DNA from: Catajapyx aquilonaris
Lineage: Eukaryota
Direction: 5' to 3'
DNA: 41,578 nucleotides
Assembly: GCA_000934665.2 (NCBI GenBank)
Contig: KZ538196.1
Coordinates: forward strand, 62,001-103,578
The translations under genes and the position numbers were made by a program. Under the pieces are notes generated by a model. The model did not search any database and was not told the DNA's origin. It saw nothing but the letters and a program-made list of their open reading frames with translations. Shown here in pieces: positions 11,293 through 22,096 of the stretch. Within the stretch, counting starts at the first letter, position 1. The number at the start of each line of letters is the position of its first letter.

Positions 11293-14200
11293 ATGGCAAT
11301 ACGCAATCCGGACGTCAAGTACACCAAGGTTAGTTAAGAGTGTACCACATTATTATTATTAGTTAAAAAAAGAAAGAGAGCCTGATATTATATCCAGTTG
11401 AAAACCTCCAACCCTGTAGCTGGTATGAATATTTAGCATGGAATTTATTAATGGAGGGGGTGGAAGCTGATGGGTCGATATTTGAAGGGAAACTCCACGT
11501 GAAAATGGACACGGAGGTTGGATCAAGTGAATGCATAATCAAAATAACGTTTTTTGGTGTGTGTACTGTACTTGCTGAAATTGACTGCTGTTAGCCAGTG
11601 TAGGCCTATGTGTCAGAAGACTTATCATTATGTGGTTATTGCGTGTTCGATTATTATAGTTCTTGGGGGGTGACTGTCTTATTCAAGGGCATCTTTGTTT
11701 AAATAGATGCAGGGCAAGTTTTGACCCCATTGGAAACCTGTATTGGGTAGAGGTAGAGGCATATACTATGTACAGGGTGTCTGAAGCTGAAGAAATCCGA
11801 AATATATTTCGAAAATTTCCTGTCAATTGGAGTGAGATTGTGCCAGTGCATTTTTGGGACAACAGTGCGCCCTTCACAGAATTTTACTCGTTATTTCCAA
11901 CCTTGACCATCCCTTAATGAAGTAAACCATGCTGCCACTAGGGCGCACTGTTGTCCCCCAAAAAATGCGCTGGCACAATCTCACCCCACCTGGCACAATC
12001 TCACCCCAATTGACTGTATGTGTTTATTGAAATGGGACAAAATCTCTAATATTATAAAAGGCAAATAATCAGATTTAGTTGTACCATCTCTACTATTATA
12101 AAAGGCAAAGTTTGTCCATATATTTAGTTGACATACCAACCCAGTACCAACCTAATAAAATAATAATGTGAATTATTTGTCCAATAATTTCTGATGATTG
12201 GTGTGACTATCTTTTTTTTCTCCAGCTGTTCATCAACAATGAATTTGTGGACTCCGCTAGTGGGAAGACTTTCCCTTCGATAAACCCGTGCACTGGAGAG
12301 ACGATTGTGAACGTGGCAGAAGGTGATAAGGTGAGAAGAAAACGAACAGACCTTGAGAGTACAGCTGGCAAAAAAAAAAAGAAGAGAAGAGTAATTGCGT
12401 AACCGTAAAGGTGGTGCTTAGTGATGATATCATCACAATCATAATCACTTATCGGTCGCAGCACTTAAAACCAGCAGAAGCAAAGTGTCTTATGATACCC
12501 AACGATTAGAAATGTCTTTCAGATGATCGTTATAATCATGTAGGTTTGATTCTTTGATTGAATTAGCTGGCTTAGCAACTGTTGCTAACTTTAGTAGCAG
12601 CTACTGCGGTCCTACGAAAGAAGACCGTAACTGCTCATTGTAGTCAGGTGGGCACAGCTAACTTTCGATAACAGCTAACTTGCTCAGAAAAACCATGGAC
12701 ATCACCAAATCGTTAATGCTTAACAGCTAGAAAGGTTAGTGGAAACCCCCCTAATCATTCTAGCTGTTTATCATTAGCAATTTAGCGCCGCCCATGGTTT
12801 ACTACCCGAATTAGCTGTTAGCGGAAGTTAGTTGAGCTAAAAATTTCGGTTAGCGTGCCCAGCTCTGATTGTAGTTACGGCTTTCTTTCGTAGGACTTCA
12901 ATACTAATAAGTGACACCCGTTGTTTAAGTATAGCAGCTGCTACTAACTTTTAGTAGGACGAATTATAACCCTGTACTAAATGTACATAACAGGCTGATG
13001 TGGACAGGGCAGTAAAGGCAGCCAGAGAAGCGTTCAAGTTCGGATCAACATGGCGGACGACCGATGCCTCCGCCAGAGGACGTCTCATCAACAAGGTAAC
13101 TGACCCCCGACCACCAGTTGGGGGCCGATGACCTCTAATCCGTCATTTTGAATCCAGCTTGCAGATCTGATCGAGCGAGATCAGGTCTACTTGTCCAGCC
13201 TGGAGACTCTGGACAACGGGAAGCCTTACGAGGAAGCTGTTTTCGACATGGAGGTGGCAGTGTCCACCTTCAGATACTATGCTGGCTGGTGCGACAAGAT
13301 ACACGGAAAGACCATTCCTACAGACGGAAACCACTTCACATTCACCAGAGAGGAACCGGTCGGAGTCGTGGGACAAATCATCCCTTGGAACTACCCAGTT
13401 CTGATGGCATCCTGGAAATGGGGTCCAGCACTGGCAGCTGGATGTACCATTGTGCTGAAGCCGGCTGAACAGACGCCTCTGAGCGCCCTGTACATAGCTG
13501 CCCTCACTAAAGAGGTCAGTGAGGTCAAGGGATTAGACTCAAAAAGTGTAGGTTTCAGACTTTTTTCTTAATCAGAGGCACGTAAGCCATCAGTTTCAGC
13601 ATTTTCAGTAGTCCGGAAGTTGGTAAGGTAGCCCTGACATACAAACATGCAGAGAAGCTTTCCCATTTATACCGTAAGAGTTGACTAACTGTGTTTTTTT
13701 TCAGGCAGGGTTTCCTCCTGGTGTGGTCAACGTGGTCAATGGTTATGGACCCACAGCAGGAGCAGCCATTTCTTCCCATCCTGACATAGACAAAGTGGCA
13801 TTCACTGGTTCTACTGAGATTGGTCATCTGATCATGGAGGCTGCGGCCAAGAGCAATCTGAAACGGATCTCCTTAGAACTGGGAGGAAAGAGTCCTCTGG
13901 TTGTGTTCTCGGATGCTGATAGTGAGTTTCATGGTCTTCTGATCTATTGAGTTGATGCTAATTGCTGGTCTATTTAATAGTTGACGAAGCTGTGCAGATT
14001 GGATACAACGCCATATTTCCTAACCAAGGACAGTGTTGCTGCGCAGGAACGCGAACTTTTGTTCAGGAGGAGATATACGATCAGTATGTGGCAAAGGCTA
14101 AGAAGATGGCTCTTGAACGCAAAGTTGGAGATCCGTTTAACACTGATGTCCAGCAAGGACCACAGGTCAGCATTGTTGTCAAACAGTCCGATATACAAAC

Positions 14201-14907
14201 CCATATAAACCCTTAATTTTTATTTTCGCAAAAATGAACAGATTGATCAGGATCAGTTTGATAAGATAATGGAGTTGATCGAGAGTGGTAAGAAGGAAGG
14301 GGCTAAGCTGGAGTGTGGTGGAAACAGGATTGGAAACAAAGGATATTTCGTGCAGCCAACTGTCTTCTCTAATGTTCAGGATGACATGCGGATTGCCAAA
14401 GAGGAGGTGAGGAAGTTTATCGAGATGACGGTGATGAATAATTCATATACTGTTGTGCAACACTCTTTGCGTAATCATTGAACTTGCAGATATTTGGTCC
14501 GGTTCAGCAGATCATCAAGTTCAAGACTATGGATGAGGTGATTGAACGGGCTAATAAGACTCATTACGGTTTGGCTGCAGGTATTGTCACTAAGGATATC
14601 AACAAAGCTCTGATGTTCTCTCAGGCTGTGCAGGCTGGATCTGTTTGGTATGCATAATGCTGTTTATGTGCAAATATGGAGCATAATTATTTGGAATATA
14701 TTTTCAGGGTGAACTGCTATGATGCCACGACTCCTCAGACGCCATTCGGTGGATTCAAGCAATCAGGACAAGGAAGAGAACTGTAAGTACACATTACCTG
14801 CTATTGTTGCAAGTACAACAATTGATTGTTTCAGTGGCGAAGACTCCCTGAAGGGATACCTGGAAGTGAAGACTGTGACTATCCAGGTGCCTCAGAAGAA
14901 TTCCTAA
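11293..14907 (+). CDS. Aldh: Aldehyde dehydrogenase, ALDH1/2 family, paralog A (490 aa, no mitochondrial presequence)
   Basis: Exons 11293-11328, 12226-12330, 12994-13095, 13158-13514, 13705-13921, 13981-14165, 14242-14406, 14490-14647, 14708-14782, 14835-14907. Motifs: [35 protein letters not shown] (catalytic Glu), NQGQCCCAG (catalytic Cys), [16 protein letters not shown]-terminus PQKNS. The symbol is family-level only. Confidence 0.96.
11822..12014. mobile_element. MITE-like foldback element in ALDH-A intron 1
   Basis: The ~50-bp arm gtcaattggagtgagattgtgccagtgcatttttgggacaacagtgcgccct is reverse-complemented at 11940-12014, with a local ~20-bp duplication in the right arm. Confidence 0.8.
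12043..12131 (+). repeat. 44-bp tandem duplication resembling Helitron 5' termini
   Basis: a|tctctaatattataaaaggcaaa at 12043 and a|tctctactattataaaaggcaaagtttgt at 12087. The TC start after an A and the TATTATAAA run resemble non-autonomous insect Helitron 5' ends; no 3' CTRR/hairpin identified. Confidence 0.5.
12645..12867. mobile_element. hAT-type MITE with a perfect 8-bp TSD, nested in an older hairpin element (12609-12896)
   Basis: TSD attgtagt at 12637-12644 and 12868-12875. Termini caggtgggcacagctaac / gttagcgtgcccagctctg. Outer arms gtcctacgaaagaagaccgtaact / agttacggctttctttcgtaggac. Confidence 0.85.
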
Positions 14908-15017
14908 ATCAACCAGGATCCACCTTTTTTTTGTAATCATTCATTAATGATTGGATCGTATAATGAGTTTCCGATACATTTTTCATAACCACAGGAAGTT
15001 TGTAATCGTGCATAATC

Positions 15018-15023
15018 AATAAA
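15018..15023 (+). terminator. Poly(A) signal of ALDH-A
   Basis: AATAAA about 110 nt after the stop codon. Confidence 0.65.
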
Positions 15024-16265
15024 CGTGACTTGAGCATTAAACTGGAGGATGTGTATACATTTTTAATTACTGGTGTAATAACATTAGGGTGTTTTTCATA
15101 AAATCCAAGGGCAGTTGCCCAATAAATTATTAAAACATGGGTATTATATAATAATTAAGTAAATGAGAAAGTGCTGCCCTTCATTACAGATTTTATGGCG
15201 ACTTAAAGGACTTATGCATGAGTGGTGTGTATCATGTCACGAATTAACTAAATAAGTGCAAGTTGACCAAATATTTAACTAAACTTACATATAAATAATT
15301 GCAACTATCATCTAAAATATTCGGTCATGTATATATCGCTTAAAAAGATGGTGACGATTTTGTATTTGGATTAAGTGCAAAATCGTTTCTCATTTTTTGA
15401 GCGATATTGTATACCTGTAGGTATGTGATCTTTATTTTTTTGAAGAGTTTGTTACATTGTTACATTGCAGCGATTAATTATCTGATGGTGCAATTTCTGC
15501 ATTTTATCATAAATTATGTTCAATTACACTGCCATACTTAGTAGGCTATTAAAATACGAGTTTAAAGACATAAAATGAGTGTTGACAGTGCCACAAATTA
15601 TTTCCAAAATTTTAACAGCCATTTCCAATACTTCCAATCAAGGATTTGTGTCAACTGCACCATTTATTTAAATATAATAATATTGCGGGTTTGTGCTTCC
15701 GAACCTGACACGTGTCATAGGACACGATGACATGTCGTCTGAAAGCAAAGTAAACCAGACGGCTATAAATTGCAAATGTAGGTCGCATATAATTTTCATG
15801 CTGTTTTCGACAGTTACAATGCAAGCTGCATACATTACCCATTATTCCATAGCCAGACATGTAGTGTACTGTGTACAAAGTCTATAAATAACGTTGTTAT
15901 TGCACATACCTTCACAAAATGTGAAATAACACCCATATGACATTTTCCTTCAAAAAGATTGCCCTCCAGACATCAGATAGACATTCAAATAGTCTATTCA
16001 ACTTGTGTCCTCACAGTACAAGGGTCGTATATCTTGAAAAGGAAGATCTTCTCACAGGGTCACTGCAGGGGGGTACAAAAAAAAGTAGTCATGTGACCTT
16101 CCAAGGGGCTGAGTTCCCCACTGCAGCCCCCCCCCCCTCCCCTATCAGCTTCCTTTTAAAACGAAGCAACCTTGGGAAGTCCTGACACTTTGGTCCTGGG
16201 TATCGCAGCCGCCACATCTGCGTGGTGCAAGTTCAGGGTAAGCTTAGATTTGTACTGTACCGTGT

Positions 16266-16427
16266 CGTACTGGTAGCGCCACGAGCCGAAAGCACTGAAG
16301 CAAAAAGAGCGAATCGTTTGCCCTCCGAATGACCACCTTCATTTGATCATAAATGAAGGTGGTCATCCAGATGGCAACTTTCGATTCGCTCTTTTGGCGG
16401 CCAACGGCTCATGGCGCCACAAGTACG
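16266..16427. mobile_element. Foldback/MITE-like hairpin upstream of the ALDH-B ATG
   Basis: Perfect 16-bp arms atgaccaccttcattt (16329-16344) and aaatgaaggtggtcat (16351-16366) with a 6-nt loop. Pairing continues outwards: aaaagagcgaatcg / cgattcgctctttt and gcgccacgagccg / cggctcatggcgc. Confidence 0.75.
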
Positions 16428-16510
16428 CCACATTAATGTCCATGTACTGTACAGTATGAAAATAATGTGGCCATATTGCAGAGTCACACCGAGTCAACAC
16501 GTTTGCAACA

Positions 16511-19239
16511 ATGGCACCGGCAGTCAAGTACACCAAGGTACGTACCCGGCGCACTTAGTTATACCGGCAATGGTGAATTAATATTATTGCTGTATTGTTG
16601 CAGTTGTTCATCAACAATGAGTTCGTAGATTCCAAGAGTGGGAAGAAGTTCCCGACGTTCAATCCATCCAATGGCGAGAAGATTGTCGACGTTGCAGAGG
16701 GCGATAAGGTTGGTGCAATTTTTGTGAAGAGTAGATAGGTCAGTTTACTTACATAATGAGTGTAGTAATTTAATCTGCTGATTTGATAAGGTCAAGGTGA
16801 CCTGTCTCAGACTGAGTCACGGTCAGTCGTGTAATGCGAGCATGTCCCAACCCCTTAGCCTATATCTTGGCCACATTTTATTTTGCATGAACAATAGGCT
16901 TCATTATCGCAATGGGTACCTCTTTTTAGAAGCTTGTTGCTATGTAGAAACCGGATACATTACTCCAGATTACCATGTAAAAAATAGTCTGTAATGTAAT
17001 ACCTGGATTTATGTGACAGGCTGATGTGGACAAAGCTGTGGAGGCTGCTTCCAAGGCCTTCCAGTTGGGCTCCCAATGGCGCACAATGGACGCTTCTGCA
17101 CGTGGAAGGCTCATCAACAAGGCAAGTCTTAAGCACCATTGTTGCAGCCCTCATTTTTATATTAAAACTAGCAAAGAAATATTGAAGAATGAATATTAAT
17201 GAATGGTAACCCGGTTGCTGTAGAGGGAAATGGGACATACCGACAGACTTTCCCTTATATAATTATATTTATTTAAATTATCCAGTTGGCCGACCTGATC
17301 GAGCGTGACATGAAGTATCTGGCCGAGTTGGAGACTCTGGACAATGGGAAGCCTCTGACATTGTCCATGATGGATATCCAGTTCTCCATAAACACACTGA
17401 GATACTATGCCGGATGGTGCGATAAGATCCATGGAAAGACCATCCCTGTTGGTGGGTAAGCCAGCACAAACTGTGGATATCCCCCATTTGACCAATCATG
17501 TTTTCAGATGGCAACTTCTTCTCCTTCACTCGTATGGAGCCTGTGGGTGTTGTGGGCCAGATCATCCCATGGAACTACCCAATTCTGATGGTGACCTGGA
17601 AGCTGGCTCCAGCACTGACCACCGGATGCACATTGGTCATGAAGCCTGCAGAGCAGACTCCTCTGACCGCCCTTCACATCGCTGCTCTAACCAAGGAGGT
17701 ACGACACTCGTTAAGTTAACAATCGTGCAATATTTTCAACCCGGCTTTATTTAACAGGCTGGTTTCCCTGATGGTGTGGTCAACATGATCCCCGGTTATG
17801 GACCAACTGCTGGAGCAGCTATTGCCAACCACGAGAAGGTGGACAAGGTGGCCTTCACTGGATCCACCGAGGTCAGTAGGTCTCCTAATAGGCTTATTCT
17901 CTCCGTCGAATGGGCCAGCAATGTGAGGGATATGGTACTACGTGGACGGGGTTAACCACTGTTGTTGTTTCAGGTGGGCAAGATAATCCAGCAGACTGCT
18001 GGAAAGTCTAATCTGAAGCGTGTGTCTCTGGAGCTTGGAGGCAAGAGTCCTCTGGTTGTCTTTGAGGATGCAGACTGTAAGTACCGCCATTTTGTTTGGC
18101 TGCCATTTTGTTGACTGCCGCCATTTTTCTAGTGGATGTGGCTGCCAACGTGTGCCACGAAGCTGTGTTCGTGAACCAGGGTCAGTGCTGCTGTGCCGGA
18201 TCACGAACCTTCGTTCAGGAGGGGATCTACGACAAGTTTGTCCAGAAGGCCAAGGATCTGGCTGAGAAGAGGAAGGTCGGTGACCCCTTCCAGAACGGAA
18301 TCCAGCAGGGCCCACAGGTACGCAACAGTTACCATGACTTGAGTACACATATCTGAAGGTCCCCTCAAATTTTCTCAGATTGATGACGAGCAGTTCAAGA
18401 AGGTGATGGGTCTGATCCAATCTGGCAAGGATGATGGTGCCAAGCTGGTGTGTGGTGGTAAGCGCCATGGAGACAAGGGCTTCTTCGTGGAGCCAACAGT
18501 GTTCGCCGATGTCCAGGACGGTATGACCATTGCCAAGGAGGAGATCTTCGGGCCTGTCCAGCAGATAATCAAGTTCAAGACCATGGAGGAGGTCATCCAG
18601 CGTTCAAACAACACCCAGTATGGCCTGGCTGCCGGAATCATGACCAAGGACATAGACAAGGCACTCACTTTCGCACAGGCAGTTCAGGCCGGATCCGTCT
18701 GGTAAGTTACCTGCTAGTTTAACCATGGTTAAAATTTAACCAGAGATTCTTTGTAGGATCAACACCTACCTGGCTATGGGGCCTCAGACTCCATTTGGAG
18801 GATTCAAGCAGTCTGGACACGGACGTGAAATGTGAGTATCAGTTCGTCCGCTCTGAGTCATCAGCTAGGTTCATGTACCCTGAAAGTGGCATTAGTGATA
18901 TCTCTGAGGGGTATGGTACTATGTGGACAGTTTTGACTATCGTTGTCAGTATAAACACTTTCAGAAAGTGACGTGACGTATATGATAACGTTTCATAACT
19001 TACCAATCAGAGGCACGATCAGTGGGATACTCGAAGGTCATTGGGCAGAAGGATTGCTTTATGAAATGTTATTATACGTCACCTCCCTTTCTGAAAGTGG
19101 TTATATGTAGCGCTATATTGAAGAGCTATAGGCATCATGATGTGACCCAACTTTTTCTGCCATCAGGGGAGAGGAGAGCTTGAAGGAGTACTTGGAGGTG
19201 AAGACCGTGACCATCGGTGTCCCTCAGAAGAACTCCTAA
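16511..19239 (+). CDS. Aldh: Aldehyde dehydrogenase, ALDH1/2 family, paralog B (487 aa, no mitochondrial presequence)
   Basis: Exons 16511-16537, 16604-16708, 17020-17121 (GC donor), 17286-17451, 17508-17698, 17758-17871, 17974-18076, 18133-18317, 18379-18701, 18757-18831, 19167-19239. The same catalytic motifs are intact ([30 protein letters not shown]). The symbol is family-level only. Confidence 0.96.
18950..19105. mobile_element. MITE in the last ALDH-B intron, TA-flanked
   Basis: Termini tataaacactttcagaaa / tttctgaaagtggttata, plus inner arms gtgacgtata..ataacgtttcataa / ttatgaaatgttattatacgtcac. Confidence 0.8.
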
Positions 19240-19352
19240 ACTGTCTGGCTCTTAATGGTGTGACCTCTACATACATTATTGGCACAATTGAAAACCTTGC
19301 TGTACGACCAGGTGGAACAATGTGACATTACTGTAACCCAGGAAAAGACGCG

Positions 19353-19358
19353 AATAAA
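19353..19358 (+). terminator. Poly(A) signal of ALDH-B
   Basis: AATAAA about 114 nt after the stop codon. Confidence 0.65.
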
Positions 19359-20643
19359 ATAATGCAACTCGAATATCTGGTTTGTGTAATGGTTACAAGT
19401 TTTGGGGGTTGATAGAATAATGACAGCCAGTATATAATTATGATTGTTTTCAGGTGTTAGGCTTCGCAGCAGAAGAGAGTGGAAAATTCTGATCGTCAGC
19501 TTCATTGTTATTTGTATTGTTGATTTTCCTCGTCTCCGTATTCTTTATATACCCTTGCACCCTGGGCCCATAAGTAATTTGATGTGCATGATGCTATTTG
19601 TAACTCTTGTCAAATTAATTGGCATTATCAGAACAATGGGTGGTTCTGGAGTTACTGATAATAACATGAAAACTGAGTTATCCTAACCAGCTGATTGTAA
19701 CATTGTTGGTAAGGGCGCCTGGAAAAATAATGTTACATGAAGGCACTGCAATAATTATTTTAAGGCAAGATGTGGAACAAATCACGTGATGATTGCAACT
19801 AACCCAACCTAACTTACCTATGCTGAGATAAATGGTTTTAAAGAGACCCAAGTTGTGTTGCTAATTTCCTTGATCCCGTTTCATTCTACATGGCATCGGG
19901 CAATTTTTGCAGACACTCTCCAGGCGGTATTGGTCGAGCCCAATGTTTTATCTTGTGGGGCCGGTTTGCCCCGGGGCTGAATTTGCCCCGGTAGCTGTGT
20001 GTCTGGTCCACATCTCTGCTGGAGGCATACTTCTTCTACTGCCACACCTACCCTCAGGGGCACCAGAGTACAGGGTGTTCCCAAAGGGCCCGTGCGAGTC
20101 TGTCTTTTATGAGAATGATGACAAAACTAGTGCTTTTGGTTTCTCATTGGGATGACGGAACGACAGCGGAATTAAATGTGTACAGCCGAGCGATTCATAT
20201 AATTCAGATCAGATCGCGGACACTGCAATACCAGCACATGTGACCGCGTATATGACACTGATAATATTGCAAGCCCAAATTTTGCGTCAAAAGTCTGCAT
20301 ATTTTTGTCGACACTCTAAGCATACTGACATCAATTTAAAATATGCCGTCAGTAGATACAACTGGTTCATGTAGCATTGCATTTGAAATGAAATTGCAAT
20401 TGACCAGGAATTCACACTCTTTAAGTTCATGTGTGGACTCCACAAACACCCGGTGCACACATGTCATTGAGGTCTTGCATGTCTAAATATTAACTAATGT
20501 AGTGTTTATCAATTAACCTAATTAACTAAAACACACTATAATGGAACCAACTCCAATCATACCACATCGAGTGTTGCCTTCAGGTAGCCGGGTAAGCCTA
20601 CATCAAGTGCGAAGTACAGCTAAATAACACAATATATACTTAA

Positions 20644-20761
20644 CCTCCTGAGACCTCTGGTACAGTATACTGTACCTTTGTTTTTTCCAGCACCTTCTGA
20701 CTAACTCAAACAGTAAAAAAAAATAAAGGTGATTGAAAGGTGTACTAGGGGTCTCAGGAGG
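20644..20761. mobile_element. piggyBac-type MITE (TTAA TSD)
   Basis: ttaa|cctcctgagacc ... ggtctcaggagg|ttaa; 118 bp with CC..GG termini. Confidence 0.85.
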
Positions 20762-20863
20762 TTAATGTACTCATTTTATTTCATGAAAGACAATGGCAGT
20801 GTCGTATAGCTGTACCCAATCATAGGTGGTCAAAAATGAAAAGGCGGCAGACTGTATCCATAT

Positions 20864-21092
20864 CAGTGGCGTAGGCAGGGGGGGTTGGGAGGGGTTGTAA
20901 CCCCCCCCCCCCCCTGGACCCAAAAAATATAGTTCCAATCCGCAATTTTAAGGTGTTAAAACGCACATGCGCGAATATTTTAGCTCATGTGAGCTTGAAC
21001 AGCAAAAAAAAATTCGCCTGCGGCGGGCCTCTTATTCGTTCTACCCTCACATAACCCCCCCCCCCCTTACAAATTTCCTGGCTACGCCGCTG
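20864..21092. mobile_element. hAT-type MITE
   Basis: TIR cagtggcgtag / ctacgccgctg; 8-bp TSD atccatat / atccatac (one mismatch). Confidence 0.85.
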
Positions 21093-21169
21093 ATCCATAC
21101 CATAGACGATGGAAGTATCGTAGGCTGTAAGACGATTGAAATGTCTCAGGCTGTGCCCATGTATGACTG

Positions 21170-21401
21170 GTATGAGACATCCAGAGGCTACGGAAGTGTC
21201 GTAGGGTGTATCCATGTCGTATGCGATGTCCAGAGGCGACGGAAGTGTCGTAGGGTGTATCCATGTCGTATGAGATGTCCAGAGGCGATGGAAGTGTCGT
21301 AGGGTGTATCCATGTCGTATGAGATGTCCAGAGGCGACGGAAGTGTCGTAGGGTGTATCCATGTCGTATGAGATGTCCAGAGGCGATGGAAGTGTCGTAG
21401 G
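21170..21401. repeat. 49-bp minisatellite, ~4.7 copies
   Basis: ggaagtgtcgtagggtgtatccatgtcgtatgagatgtccagaggcgay, with unit starts at 21192, 21241, 21290, 21339 and 21388. Confidence 0.95.
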
Positions 21402-22043
21402 CTAGATCCACATGAGATTTGTTTGTCACATGTGAGAATAGTGGTAGATATCCTATCCCATAGGCAACCCAAACAGACCAATCCCAACCCAAGCTGTCCT
21501 TGAAAAGCACCCCCCTCTGGCAGATAATTCGCGCACATTTGGCGGACTATGAAGGGACTTCCAAACCTTCCCCGTGGCGTGTGCAGATGGAGGCAGTGTG
21601 CAGGCGCCTGGTGTGTGGTGCAGCGAACAGAGTGCAGGGGCGTTTTTGGGCCTACCTGTACAATCCAGCCAGTTCCCCGAGTAAAGATCGGGGGGCAGCC
21701 TAGAGAAGAGAGAGACACACACAGCCAGCTAGAGGGCTCACTATATCCAGCCCTCCCACACCCCACCCACACTGGTGTCTCTCTCTCTCTCTGCGCAGAC
21801 GTGCTCCGGCAGCCAAGCTCTCTCGGGCCACACCACCAGCCATCTCCTCTCTTGGGTTGGATCACCCGCCCCGGGAAAGCAGGCAGACCCGCAACACACC
21901 CCGGGAAACACCTAAAACACATCCGGATTTTTACGGGGGCCAGATGTCAGCCCCACCTTAAAAAAATTCGGTGATTTTTTTTTTTTCGGTGTATAACCTA
22001 CAACCCCCCAACCCCCATATTCCCCTTCCTTCACTTTTACCCC

Positions 22044-22096
22044 NNNNNNNNNNNNNNNNNNNNNNNNNNNNNNNNNNNNNNNNNNNNNNNNNNNNN
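22044..22096. other. Assembly gap flanked by C-rich (left) and G-rich (right) inverted tracts
   Basis: N run; ccccttccttcac on the left mirrors gtgagggaagggg on the right. Confidence 0.95.

Noticed and set aside
17020..17286. ALDH-B as a pseudogene owing to a missing GT donor
   Set aside because: The GC donor has an otherwise perfect consensus, and all exons are in frame with catalytic residues intact.
17938..18668. Antisense ORFs over ALDH and Relish exons (also 3820-4260, 6820-7257)
   Set aside because: Shadow frames of the real + strand coding exons.
21399..21420. ctagatccaca resembling miR-279
   Set aside because: The seed differs (ggctaga vs gactaga), the 3' part diverges, and it abuts a minisatellite.
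20967..21974. Overlapping 111-244 aa ORFs on both strands
   Set aside because: They arise from the stop-poor 49-bp repeat and GC-rich sequence; no recognisable domain.
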